Position numbers and translations under genes: made by a program
Notes under the pieces: generated by a model
Told to the model about the DNA's origin: nothing
Database searches by the model: none
The model's input: the letters and a program-made list of their open reading frames with translations, nothing else
Part shown: positions 9,566 to 19,867 of the stretch, one piece after another
Layout of the letters: each line of letters begins with the position of its first letter
Numbering within the stretch: the stretch's first letter is position 1
DNA from: Candidatus Levyibacteriota bacterium
GTDB lineage: Bacteria > Patescibacteriota > Microgenomatia > Levybacterales > UBA12049
NCBI GenBank assembly: GCA_963716145.1
Contig: OY970292.1
Location: 268,104 to 332,103, forward strand
Reading direction: 5' to 3'
DNA: 64,000 nucleotides

Positions 9566-10219
9566 ATGAGTCAAGAAGCAAAAGTATTAACAGGTATAGG
9601 AATAGTTACGATTCTAATAATAGGATTTGGTGCTTTTTTCCTTGGGGGTAGTTCTACCCCTGAGAAACCTGCTCCTCCGGCAGATGCCAAAGTCTTAGTC
9701 CGCCCAGACAGCCATAAAGAGACATCGCCGTCCGCTAAAGTGATTCTTGTTGAATTTGGGGATTTCCAATGTCCTGCTTGTGGTGCTTCATATCCGATTG
9801 TAGAGCAGCTTCTTCAAGATTACAAAGGTAAAGTCAATTTTGTGTTCAGAAATTACCCTTTACCTATACATCCGAACGCTATGATTGCCGCCGAGGCCGC
9901 GGAAGCGGCAGGAGCTCAAGGAAAATACTTTGAGATGTACCAGGCGTTATTTTCTAACCAAAAAGAATGGGCGGAAAGCAAAAACCCACTGGAGATTTAT
10001 CTAAAGTATGCAAAAAATATCGGACTTGATACAGATAAATTTAAAAAGGAAGTTGAAGATAAAAAGTACGAATCAAGAATTAAAAAAGACCAGTCTGACG
10101 GCAACGCGCTTGGTGTAAATTCCACGCCCACATTTTTTATAAATGGAATAAAACAAACCGGCGGCCTGCCATATGATCAATTTAAAGTAAAAATAGATGA
10201 CGCACTTAAAAGTAAATAA
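9566..10219 (+). CDS. DsbA/BdbD-like thioredoxin-fold oxidoreductase
   Basis: EFGDFQCPAC and GVNSTPTFFING. Confidence 0.92.
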   Translation: MSQEAKVLTGIGIVTILIIGFGAFFLGGSSTPEKPAPPADAKVLVRPDSHKETSPSAKVILVEFGDFQCPACGASYPIVEQLLQDYKGKVNFVFRNYPLPIHPNAMIAAEAAEAAGAQGKYFEMYQALFSNQKEWAESKNPLEIYLKYAKNIGLDTDKFKKEVEDKKYESRIKKDQSDGNALGVNSTPTFFINGIKQTGGLPYDQFKVKIDDALKSK

Positions 10220-10228
10220 TTTAATAAA

Positions 10229-10747
10229 TTAAGGATTGAACTTGGAGTTTTTCTTAACCAGCTTTACAGTGCTTACAATCTCCATTATTTTTCCGTCTCT
10301 TGTCTCAATTTGAGTTGCGCCGGTTTTTTCCTTGTAATCCGCCACCAGATCTGAAAGAGTTTTATTTTTTTCGCTGATGTCTATTCTCAAATCCTTAACT
10401 TTCTGAGCCAAAAGAGCAACAGAGGGTTGTGAGCCGATTTGTTTTTTAACAGAAAGCTTTGCTTTTACAGCTTCTTTAGCTTTCTCCGAGTTCTCTCTGT
10501 AAATAGGATCATTTTCAAAAGAGTCTTCATACATTTCTCTTTGTGCTTTTAATTCTTCACGTAACTTTGCAATTGATTCAATATGGTTTTGGATCAGTTC
10601 ATCAAGACTAATCACAACAGCCGCTTCATCCGAACCGTTAACAGCAACGTTTGACGCAGCCGAGTTTGACTCGGACGTTGCATCTCCTACTTCATTATCA
10701 ATCGCGTCTGACGCGACTGCTTCGATAACCTTGTCGTCTTGATCCAT
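10229..10747 (-). CDS. Hypothetical coiled-coil protein
   Basis: 172-aa ORF, acidic N-terminus, heptad-rich. Confidence 0.65.
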   Translation of the reverse strand: MDQDDKVIEAVASDAIDNEVGDATSESNSAASNVAVNGSDEAAVVISLDELIQNHIESIAKLREELKAQREMYEDSFENDPIYRENSEKAKEAVKAKLSVKKQIGSQPSVALLAQKVKDLRIDISEKNKTLSDLVADYKEKTGATQIETRDGKIMEIVSTVKLVKKNSKFNP

Positions 10748-10816
10748 AGATCATTAACTATACTAGAGATTACGTAGCCAAGCAAGCGGCAAAATGTCAT
10801 CTGTTATAATGATTTT

Positions 10817-11446
10817 ATGAGCAAAGAGGAGAAGGTAAAAGAGATAATAAAAAGGTTGTTAAAAGTGTATCCAAATCCAAAAACTGCTTTACAGTTTTCA
10901 ACCCCACACGAATTACTTATCGCGACAATCCTTTCCGCTCAAGCCACTGATAAGCTTGTAAATCTTGTAACTCCAGAGTTATTTAAAAAATATAAATCTA
11001 TCAAGGATTTTGCGGATGCACCGGTTGAAGAAATTGACGCAATGGTTAAGCGTGTAAATTTTCACTTCAACAAATCAAAGTCCATAAAAGGGGCAGCTCA
11101 AATGATTATGCAAAAATTTGGAGGAAAAGTACCTGACAACATGGAAGATTTGGATTCTCTACCCGGAGTTGCTCGCAAAACTGCCAACGTTGTTTTGGGA
11201 AATGCTTTTCATATCGCCGCGGGGGTAGTTGTAGATACTCACGTTATGCGTTTGAGCCGCAAGCTGGGACTGACTGATCAAACTGATCCAGTAAAGATTG
11301 AACTCGATATTATGAAAATTGTCCCAAAAGATAAGTGGATCGATTTTTCTCATTTGTTGATCAACTTCGGCCGTGAATTTTGCCCAGCCCGGCCTCATAC
11401 ATGCGGCGACTGTCCTTTGGGTGATTTATGTCCGGATACGAATTAA
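10817..11446 (+). CDS. nth: Endonuclease III
   Basis: LSAQATD, LPGVARKTAN HhH, VDTHV and C-terminal Cys4 Fe-S motif. Confidence 0.95.
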   Translation: MSKEEKVKEIIKRLLKVYPNPKTALQFSTPHELLIATILSAQATDKLVNLVTPELFKKYKSIKDFADAPVEEIDAMVKRVNFHFNKSKSIKGAAQMIMQKFGGKVPDNMEDLDSLPGVARKTANVVLGNAFHIAAGVVVDTHVMRLSRKLGLTDQTDPVKIELDIMKIVPKDKWIDFSHLLINFGREFCPARPHTCGDCPLGDLCPDTN

Positions 11447-13283
11447 TTGGAGTTTGTTTGCGCCTTCATTCTTCTTGCCTCAACTTCATCTAAGATTGTT
11501 TTTCGCATTCTGACATTTTTTGGTGTAACTTCAACCAGTTCATCATCACTTATGTATTCCAGAGCGTCCTCAAGCGTCATCACACGCGGAGCGTCAAAAT
11601 GATCAGCTTTCCCATCTCCTTTTGAGCGCATATTTGATAATTGCTTGGTTTTACAGACATTGACACTCATATCTTCTGATCGGGAATTCTCACCAATTAC
11701 CTGTCCTTTATAGACTGGCACTGCTGAGCCGATAAATAATGTTCCTCTTTCCTGAGTATTTAGAAGCCCGTATAAATTACTCACGCCTGTTTCGTGTACC
11801 ACAAGAGAACCATGTTCGCGTTTCATTGGCTCACCTGAGTCTTCATCGTATTTATAAAAAGTTGTGTTGATTATTCCCAATCCTCTTGTATCTGTAATAA
11901 ATTCAGATCTATAACCAAAAAATGCGCTTGTTGGAATAATAAATTGAAGATAAACAATATTATTTACATCAGTTGTCATATCTTCCATTATTGCTTTACG
12001 AAGCCCCATTTTTTGCATGACAACCCCTGAATAATCTTGAGGCGTCTCAATAAAAATCCGCTCAAAAGGAGCCATCTTTTTGCCATCAACCACTTTTAGA
12101 ATAACTTGCGGACGTCCTACTTGAAATTCATATCCTTCACGCCTTAATCTTTCAATAAGTATTGCCAGATGCAGCTCTCCGCGGCCCGATACCATCCATG
12201 TTCCATCAGGCTGATCCTCAACTCTTAATGCTGTATCTGTCTCAAGTTCCTTATGCAGCCTTTCGTTGATTTGCCGTGAAGTTTTGAATTCCCCTTCTTT
12301 GCCTGCAAAAGGGGAGTCGTTTACTCTGAAAACCATTCTGACAGTTGGTTCTTCAATTGCCAATAATGGCAACGCGATCGGCTCTTCAACAGAAGCGATG
12401 GTCTCTCCAATAGTTATATCCGGAATTCCTGAAATTGCTATGATATCCCCGGCTGACACCTCTTTTGCGTCAACTCTTTCAAGTCCTTTAAAAGTCATAA
12501 GGGATGTTAAGCGGTATTTTTTCTGAACACCTTGTCTATTTATGTGAATTACATCCTGCCCGGACTTAACTGTTCCGTTATAAACCCTGCCTGTCGCGAT
12601 TCTGCCCTTATAGTCATCTCTTGAGAGAGTGGTAATAAGTATTTGTAGTGGTTTTTCAGCATCCCCGCTTGGTGGCGGCACATTCTTCAGAATTGAGTCA
12701 AAGATTGGGAAAATATCTGTCATTTTTGAAAGATCATCCTCAAGTCCTGCTTTTCCTTCTTTTGCTGAAGCATATACAATGGGAAAATCAGCAGTATCAT
12801 CATCTGCACCAAGTTCTATAAAAAGATCCAAAGTTTTATCGAGAACTTCGTGAATCCTGGCATCGGGCCTGTCAATTTTGTTGACAACTACGATTATTTT
12901 CAATTTTTTCAGCAACGCGTGCTTGAGAACGAACCTCGTCTGCGGCATAGGACCTTCTTTCGCGTCTATTAGAAGTAAGCATCCATCTGCCATGGTAAGA
13001 ACACGCTCAACTTCTCCACCAAAATCTGCATGCCCCGGGGTATCAATAATGTTTATTTTGTAGAATCTTGTCCTGAGCTTGCTGAAGGATTCCAGTCAAC
13101 AGAGGCATTTTTGGAAAAAATTGTAATTCCTCGCTCTTTTTCAAGCTCATTACTATCCATGATCAGATCAGTTCCTGAAACTTCTTTATTGAGATCTGTT
13201 TTTGATTGTCGCAAAAGTGCATCAACCAGAGTGGTCTTTCCGTGGTCAACGTGGGCTATAATTGCGACATTTCTGATATTCAT
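11443..13283 (-). CDS. typA: Translational GTPase TypA/BipA (split by a 1-nt frameshift near 13057)
   Basis: [46 protein letters not shown]; one extra A in the A-run restores [11 protein letters not shown]. Confidence 0.93.
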
Positions 13284-13351
13284 AATAAATAACCTCGCAC
13301 TTCGCGAGGCCACATAATCTTACCATTTTAAACCCAAAATAGCAATAAAGT

Positions 13352-14377
13352 TTACTCCGGTAGAAAACTGTATTGGTATTTAAGAAAATCCTTTACGTTT
13401 TTTGCTTCAAGCTTATCTGTCTGTAAAAGTTCAGACATTTTTACAAAAGTGAAACCTTTTTTCTTCAATTCTGTGATTATATTCGGAAGCGCGTTGGCTG
13501 TCTCAGGCTCATTGGGAAATCCATTCATATGCAGAACAATTATTGAACCGTTTTTAACATTTTCAATCACATTATTTTCAATAAACTGACGGTCAGTATT
13601 AAAGCCGTCTTGTCCTTCTGCATCCCATTGTATGGGCAAAACTCCTGCTTTGGACGCAATATCAAGATCTTTCTGCGAGTAACAACCACCGGGAAAACGA
13701 AACGATTTATTTTCAACGCCTGTAATTTCTTTTAATAACTCTTGGGTTTTTTCTATTTCTAACTTATCTTGATCATCATTTGAAGGTAGTAGGCCGTAAC
13801 AGTCTCCATCAAAGGACGGATGAGAATATGAGTGATTAGCAAGCTCAAATAAAGAATTATTTGCCAAACTCTTGGATAACTCCCGATAGGCCTCAATCCA
13901 CATGCCTGCTAGGAAAAGAGTTGCCTTTGTATTCGTTTCAGTCAATATGTCGATTATTCGTCTATCATAGTAACTAGCGACAGCTCCTGACTCAAGGTTT
14001 TGTTTCATTTCAGGAGTCATATCCGCGTCAAATGTTAAAGCCAGTTGTTTCATGCCCCGATATCCATGGAAAATAATTCTATTTCTATTTGAAGAAAATA
14101 AAATTGGGCGGTCTTTTTTTACTTTCCCCAAAATCGGGCTCACCTTCTCAAGAAAAGGTGAAGTCTTTGTATAATATGAATTATCATAAAATAGCATTAC
14201 CAATCCTTTGCCAGCTCCAAAAACAACAAGAAAAGTTAAAAGCAAGAAAGCAATTTTTTTGATTAAGTTATATGGAAAAATTAATCTTGGTAATTTCTTT
14301 CTGGCAGGATATGAAAGGCTAATCTTGAGCGTAATTCCCAGGAAGTCAATTTTTTTACTTTTAGTTATTCGCTTCAC
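13352..14377 (-). CDS. Membrane-anchored polysaccharide deacetylase (NodB family)
   Basis: LALTFDA, NHSYSH, FRFPGG, GSIIVLH. Confidence 0.88.
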   Translation of the reverse strand: MKRITKSKKIDFLGITLKISLSYPARKKLPRLIFPYNLIKKIAFLLLTFLVVFGAGKGLVMLFYDNSYYTKTSPFLEKVSPILGKVKKDRPILFSSNRNRIIFHGYRGMKQLALTFDADMTPEMKQNLESGAVASYYDRRIIDILTETNTKATLFLAGMWIEAYRELSKSLANNSLFELANHSYSHPSFDGDCYGLLPSNDDQDKLEIEKTQELLKEITGVENKSFRFPGGCYSQKDLDIASKAGVLPIQWDAEGQDGFNTDRQFIENNVIENVKNGSIIVLHMNGFPNEPETANALPNIITELKKKGFTFVKMSELLQTDKLEAKNVKDFLKYQYSFLPE

Positions 14378-14410
14378 AGGAGTGAGTATAGGTTATGGCA
14401 GCAGTCTAAA

Positions 14411-15226
14411 TCAAGAGGCACTTCTCACAATTTCTGCACTCTCCAACAAACCTTTTAAATCTGTCTCTATCTCAAGCGTTAAAAGTCCCTGATAGTTTTC
14501 TTTTTTTAAAGTAGTTATAAATTCAGCAATGGGCAGCTGTCCTTTTCCCAAAGCCATATGCTTATAACGCATCGGGCGAAGCGAGTTATTAAGATAGTGG
14601 GGTTTATAATCGCTAAAATGAATGTTTATTATCCGATCGGCGTTTTCCTTAAAAAAGGAAACAATATTTCCTCCTGCTTGTCCCAAGTGACAAGTGTCTA
14701 GAGTTATATAAAAATCATTCTTTTTTAGAATCTCTGCAAATTTTTGCTCATGCCAAACGCTTGGTTTCATAATTGATCCTGCATGCTTTTCCATATTTTC
14801 AAATCCGATTTTGATGTCATATTTCTTTTGAAGTTCATGAATTTCTTCTATATACTTTTTGTTAAATATTTGTTTTTTTGCGGAATTCATATGCAACACA
14901 ATAACTTTTACAGAAAGATATTTAGCAACCTCAAATAATTTTCTTACTTCAGGCATGCGGGTTTTTGTAACAAAACGCAAATCTTGATGAATACTAAATA
15001 TTTCTATTTTGTTTACAGCTGTGATATTTCTTAAATCTTCAAGATCATGTTCATTTACGAAATTGGGGACTAGAACCTCAACTCCCTCAATCCCTGATTT
15101 TTTCATTTCTGAGAATACTTTTTCCGCTGATAAATTACCGAATATTTTATTTTTTACGACTTTATGGAATAATCTTCTTTTTTCAGGAAGTATGTCTGTT
15201 AAGAACAATAATACTGATGTTTTCAT
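14411..15226 (-). CDS. Sugar phosphate isomerase/epimerase (xylose-isomerase-like TIM barrel)
   Basis: FENM, LDTCH, IHFSD, LTLE metal-binding motifs. Confidence 0.85.
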   Translation of the reverse strand: MKTSVLLFLTDILPEKRRLFHKVVKNKIFGNLSAEKVFSEMKKSGIEGVEVLVPNFVNEHDLEDLRNITAVNKIEIFSIHQDLRFVTKTRMPEVRKLFEVAKYLSVKVIVLHMNSAKKQIFNKKYIEEIHELQKKYDIKIGFENMEKHAGSIMKPSVWHEQKFAEILKKNDFYITLDTCHLGQAGGNIVSFFKENADRIINIHFSDYKPHYLNNSLRPMRYKHMALGKGQLPIAEFITTLKKENYQGLLTLEIETDLKGLLESAEIVRSAS

Positions 15227-15267
15227 AGCTTAATTATAGCTGATTTTCTATGTCAATTTTTCGAATA

Positions 15268-16797
15268 CTAAGCTTCATATCCCGGGAAGAAGTCGGCTTT
15301 GTATTTTATCTTTCCTTTTCCTATTTCCTGAAGTAGGTCTTCATACGCCATAACCATTGGCTGTGGTCCTGAAATATAGAATAAATTGGATAAAAAGTCA
15401 GGAACGTATTTTTTAATTATATCCATATTCAGCCGTCCTGTTTCGCCTTTCCAGTCTTTAGGCGGATTGTCGCTGACAACATATATCGTCTTCACACCAA
15501 AGGCTTCCGCTTTTTTAAAAAGGTCTTTGTAGGCAAATTCCTTTGTATCTTTGGCAATATAAAATAAAGTAATCGGAAAAGTGAGATTTTTATCAACCAT
15601 ATACTTTATTATGCTTCTAAAAGGTGTAATTCCTATTCCTCCAGCTATGAATGCATATTCAGTCTTCGTGTCTTTATCCAGTATAAACTCTCCCTCAAGA
15701 TTTGTGGCGTAAATTTCACTTCCTTGTTTTAATTTAAGAAGAGCATTCTTAAAACTGCTTGGTTTTTCAGGGATTTTAACGGCAAGTTTTATTCTCTTCT
15801 CACTGGGACTTGAAGCAATTGTAAAGTATCTTCTGTTTCCACGGGAGTCAGTGTGAGAGTGGGGCAAGCTCCACTCCAAGTATTGTCCCGGAACAAAAGA
15901 AACCGGCCTTGTAGATTCAAAGATGAACTCCCAGATCGAGCTTGCTATCTCTTTTTTTTCCTGAAGAACCAGACTATATTTTTCACTAAAACTGACTATC
16001 CGGAAAATTAGATTCGCGCTCAGTAGGGAAAGCTCGAGAGTATAATAAACATTTAAGAATGTTGAGTAAAAAACATAAATAAATCCTGAAAAGATTCCAA
16101 AAAATATTCTCATTTTTCTATTTGCAGGACTGGTTATCGGCTCAGTCAGCATGACGAAGATGAAAAAAAGGAGTGGTGGAGACAAAAAAGCGCTTTGTAA
16201 TAAATCAGGTATCCCTGAAAATCCCGCAGACTTGAAACTAAATGCAGCCAGAAATAGCGCGTAGCTGAGGACAAAACTTGTAACCAGATGAAACCTCCGA
16301 AGTTTGCGAAGCATCAAAAATCCCCCAATAGCTATAAAAGGAAGCATTATCTTGTCCCCAATCCACCAGCTGGCACCTTGCCCAATTGCAATAGCGGTTA
16401 TAACAACTGCAAAAGCCGCGGGATTAAAAATGTGTTGCTTTTTGTAAGCAATAACATATTTTGAAGCCATAGCGATAAATGCAGCCAGTGAAAGGAATAG
16501 TGTGTTTGATAAAAGAGGCAAGGGACCCACAATTAGGGCCAAGATTAGGCCAGTTATTAACTGAGATTCATAGTTTGGTCTTGTCTTGTATATTCGCGAA
16601 AATAGCTGGTTTGTTAAGAAGCAAATCAAAACCAAATATAATCCTGAAGCAAGCAGATCAATGAAGTTATATGGAAGAAATTTGCCAAAACTCAAAACAA
16701 CTGTAAGCGAATATAAAACAGTGAGGTAATAAAGCATCAGGCGATACATCGTCACTTTATTTAGAAGATTATCAATCGGTTTTAGAAGACTTTGCAC
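15268..16797 (-). CDS. NqrB/RnfD-like membrane domain fused to an FAD/NAD(P)-binding ferredoxin-reductase-like domain
   Basis: HIFNPAA and MLTEPITSP, then PGQY, RYFTIAS and IAGGIGITPF. Confidence 0.85.
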   Translation of the reverse strand: MQSLLKPIDNLLNKVTMYRLMLYYLTVLYSLTVVLSFGKFLPYNFIDLLASGLYLVLICFLTNQLFSRIYKTRPNYESQLITGLILALIVGPLPLLSNTLFLSLAAFIAMASKYVIAYKKQHIFNPAAFAVVITAIAIGQGASWWIGDKIMLPFIAIGGFLMLRKLRRFHLVTSFVLSYALFLAAFSFKSAGFSGIPDLLQSAFLSPPLLFFIFVMLTEPITSPANRKMRIFFGIFSGFIYVFYSTFLNVYYTLELSLLSANLIFRIVSFSEKYSLVLQEKKEIASSIWEFIFESTRPVSFVPGQYLEWSLPHSHTDSRGNRRYFTIASSPSEKRIKLAVKIPEKPSSFKNALLKLKQGSEIYATNLEGEFILDKDTKTEYAFIAGGIGITPFRSIIKYMVDKNLTFPITLFYIAKDTKEFAYKDLFKKAEAFGVKTIYVVSDNPPKDWKGETGRLNMDIIKKYVPDFLSNLFYISGPQPMVMAYEDLLQEIGKGKIKYKADFFPGYEA

Positions 16798-16823
16798 AAA
16801 CTTATTGTAGCAAATAATAGAAG

Positions 16824-18041
16824 TTAATCAACAAATGTTACCGCGGAGCCAACTTTTCCGGCTCGTCCGGTTCTTCCGATTCTATGTACGTAATCTTCAT
16901 AAGTTGCCGGAACATCGTAATTAATAACGTGTGAGACATCATCAATATCCAACCCGCGGGATGCGACATCAGTTGCCAGAAGAACCTGAACTGCGCCTTG
17001 TTTGAAATCTGTTAATGCACGCTGTCTTTGGCCCTGAGACTTGTTGCCGTGAATTGCTGTTGCCCTAAATCCACGCTCAATTAACATTTTTGTCAGTTTT
17101 TCAATTCCGTATTTGGTTCTGCCAAAAATCATTACCTTATCATACCCTTCCATCGCCAAAAGATCGTGCAGCTGGTCAACTTTTTCCCCGGGTTTTACCT
17201 TTATAATGTCCTGATTTATATTTTCAGCTGTTTCAGCTGTTTTGACTGATACGGTAACCGGATCTTTGACAAAAGAGCCAAGTATTTCACGCGTTTGTCG
17301 GTCAACTGTTGCTGAGAAAAATAATGATTGCCTGGGGCTTGGGAGTAAGGCCACCATAAATTTAATATCTTTTATAAAACCAATATCCACCATTCTATCA
17401 ACCTCATCCAGCACCACGTTTCTAAAGTTATATAGATTCAAATTTTTTCGCTGGATAAGATCTTTTAATCTTCCCGGCGTACCGATAACGAATTGCGGAT
17501 TTTGGCGAAGCCTCTGAACTTGGCGGAACATTGAGGAACCACCGATTGAAAGAACACTGGAAATATTCATGCCGCGGGAAAAGGCAATTAGCTCTTCATT
17601 TATTTGAAAAGCTAATTCACGGGTGGGCGTAACTATTAGAAAATGCTCGTTTCTGTTCTGTATAGCTTTTTCGATAAGCGGAATCAGAAATGCTGCTGTT
17701 TTGCCTGTTCCGGTGTTGGCAATTCCGATTACATCACGACCCTCAAGAATAGGCAAGATTGTCTGATCTTGGATTTGAGTAGGAACAATGTAACCTTTAT
17801 CAATTATATTTTTCTTAAGTGATCCTGAAATTTTGAAGTCAACAAATGAATTTACAGCCTTATACGGCTCGACTGTTCCTATTTCAACCGCCTTACTGAC
17901 AAAGCGGTTTATGTCAATTTTTTCGCCGGGATTATTATTTCTACCTCGCGGACTAAACCTGTTTCTGAAACCAGAAGGGTTATTGTTTTGGAATTTTGAA
18001 CGCCCAGAAACGGATCGTGAATTATTATATTTTTTATACAT
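16824..18041 (-). CDS. DEAD-box RNA helicase
   Basis: TGTGKT, PTRELA, TPGRL, DEVD, SAT, HRIGRTGR. Confidence 0.95.
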   Translation of the reverse strand: MYKKYNNSRSVSGRSKFQNNNPSGFRNRFSPRGRNNNPGEKIDINRFVSKAVEIGTVEPYKAVNSFVDFKISGSLKKNIIDKGYIVPTQIQDQTILPILEGRDVIGIANTGTGKTAAFLIPLIEKAIQNRNEHFLIVTPTRELAFQINEELIAFSRGMNISSVLSIGGSSMFRQVQRLRQNPQFVIGTPGRLKDLIQRKNLNLYNFRNVVLDEVDRMVDIGFIKDIKFMVALLPSPRQSLFFSATVDRQTREILGSFVKDPVTVSVKTAETAENINQDIIKVKPGEKVDQLHDLLAMEGYDKVMIFGRTKYGIEKLTKMLIERGFRATAIHGNKSQGQRQRALTDFKQGAVQVLLATDVASRGLDIDDVSHVINYDVPATYEDYVHRIGRTGRAGKVGSAVTFVD

Positions 18042-18205
18042 ATTTATAAGATGTGAAATGGAAATTATTTGGCAGAGAATGTTTAAGCTTTTCCGTCTCT
18101 TTTAGGAGCGATCAAAAATACTTAAACCTTTTGAGGTAAACGCAGCTGATGCTCTAATCTATTTCAACTTTGTATATTATACCAGATTAAACAAGAAATA
18201 GCAAT

Positions 18206-19348
18206 TTACTTGAGGGATTTTAGGATCTGTTTTGAGGCTCTTTTTACCTCTGCATTGCAGGCAATAACAGCCAGTAAAGTAACAATCGGAACGACAAGAA
18301 CAAGCCCCATTGACCCTGCTAGAGTCCTGACAATCTCATCACTTATATCCTCACTATTTACCATCACCCAGAAAGGTAGTTTTTGTGGATTGAGGATTAT
18401 AAATAGAAAAAGCGCCAGGGAACTACCGGCGTAAGCAAGAACAAGCGTATTCACCATTGAAACAACATGCTCCCGTCCTATTGAAAAACCTTTGGAAAAA
18501 AGTTTTTTAAATGTTAAAGTGGCATCTGTTTTTGCCAATTCAAAAACAGCAGCCGCTTGCGTGGTAGTAATATCATTAAGAGCTCCCAATGTTCCTATAA
18601 TAACCCCTCCAAGAAGAAGACCTTTAAGATTAATCATACTCGTTTGACCAAATTGCAGGGTTGATGATTCTTCATTAAATCCACTCAAATGAGCAAAGTT
18701 TACAAAAAGATAGGACAGAAAAGCAGTCAGCATTAGTGAAATAAATGTGGAAAATAGCGCAATAGTAGTTTGCTTGGAGACTCCGTGTGCCAGATAAGTG
18801 GTAAGTAGAAGTATAGCTAGTGAACCATAAATACTTGTCAAGAGGGGATCAGCTCCATGAAGAATTTGGGGGACAATGTAAAAAAATATTATGCTCAAAC
18901 TTATCGCAAGACCAACCAATGATCCAAGTCCTTTCCAGCCGGCAATTGCTACAACGACCACAAAAAATACCAGAAAAAGATAAAGCAGAGAATTTATGCG
19001 GTATGTGTCATAAACCTGGTAACTAAATTTTTTGTTTTGGTCCTGAACTTGAGTAACCACAATGGTCTGTCCTTCGCTCACAGTCTGCTGTGGCGTAAGA
19101 GTCGTTTGCAATCCGCTTTCAATTTTTATAATTTTACCTTTATCTTTTCCCTCCAAAACTTGCACTGATATTTTCTGATAACGGTTTTTTGCACCATTTG
19201 TTTCTTTTGTCCCCTGACTGTCGATTTTTAGCACTTTGGCTTTTGCAAATTCCTGCTGGGGGAGAGATTGCTTCGACTGAGCAAGAGCGGGGGAAACAAA
19301 TCCAATGGAAAATAAAATAACCAACAATAATGAAATAATTAACTTCAT
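18206..19348 (-). CDS. YibE/F family membrane protein
   Basis: IGTLGALNDITTTQ and NTLVLAYAG motifs. Confidence 0.88.
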   Translation of the reverse strand: MKLIISLLLVILFSIGFVSPALAQSKQSLPQQEFAKAKVLKIDSQGTKETNGAKNRYQKISVQVLEGKDKGKIIKIESGLQTTLTPQQTVSEGQTIVVTQVQDQNKKFSYQVYDTYRINSLLYLFLVFFVVVVAIAGWKGLGSLVGLAISLSIIFFYIVPQILHGADPLLTSIYGSLAILLLTTYLAHGVSKQTTIALFSTFISLMLTAFLSYLFVNFAHLSGFNEESSTLQFGQTSMINLKGLLLGGVIIGTLGALNDITTTQAAAVFELAKTDATLTFKKLFSKGFSIGREHVVSMVNTLVLAYAGSSLALFLFIILNPQKLPFWVMVNSEDISDEIVRTLAGSMGLVLVVPIVTLLAVIACNAEVKRASKQILKSLK

Positions 19349-19359
19349 TTATGTATTTT

Positions 19360-19434
19360 ATTATAACCTATTGAGACTGAGTTTCAAAATACTGCTTGAC
19401 AAATGCAAATCAGTTGCATATACTAAATGCAACT
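19360..19434. promoter_or_regulatory. Divergent promoters overlapped by two palindromic Fur-family boxes
   Basis: TTGAGACTGAGTTTCAA (19371-19387) and ATGCAAATCAGTTGCAT (19403-19419); TTGACA-17-TATACT (19396-19424); minus-strand TATAAT at 19360-19365. Confidence 0.7.
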
Positions 19435-19444
19435 GAATAACTTT

Positions 19445-19867
19445 ATGAATATAGATCACGACTGTAAAGTTGAATTAAAAAATGCAAATTTGAAGATTAC
19501 TCCGGCCCGCTTGGGGGTACTGAAAGTATTAGAGAACGCGGAAACTCCCCTTGATATAGCAACAATTACCAGTTATCTAAAAAAACAAAAAATAAAAGCT
19601 GATAAGGTTACTGTTTTTAGAATAATTAATGCTTTCACGGAAAAAGGGATTGTTAAATCAATTCACTTTAACGAAGGGAGACTTCGATTTGAGCACGCGG
19701 GAGCCGCTGACCATCACCATTTCATTTGCGAAAAATGCGGTCATATTGAAGACATTTCAGATTGCCATATTGACCAGCTGGAAAAAGAGATAAATAATAA
19801 GAAAGGATTGCTTATCAAAAGACACTCACTTGAGTTTTTTGGAATTTGTAAATCATGTCAACTCTAA
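19445..19867 (+). CDS. Fur family transcriptional regulator (Zur-like); start 19445 preferred over 19427
   Basis: KITPAR, VTVFR, HHHFICEKCG, FFGICKSC; 19427 is only 2 nt after the -10 box. Confidence 0.9.
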   Translation: MNIDHDCKVELKNANLKITPARLGVLKVLENAETPLDIATITSYLKKQKIKADKVTVFRIINAFTEKGIVKSIHFNEGRLRFEHAGAADHHHFICEKCGHIEDISDCHIDQLEKEINNKKGLLIKRHSLEFFGICKSCQL

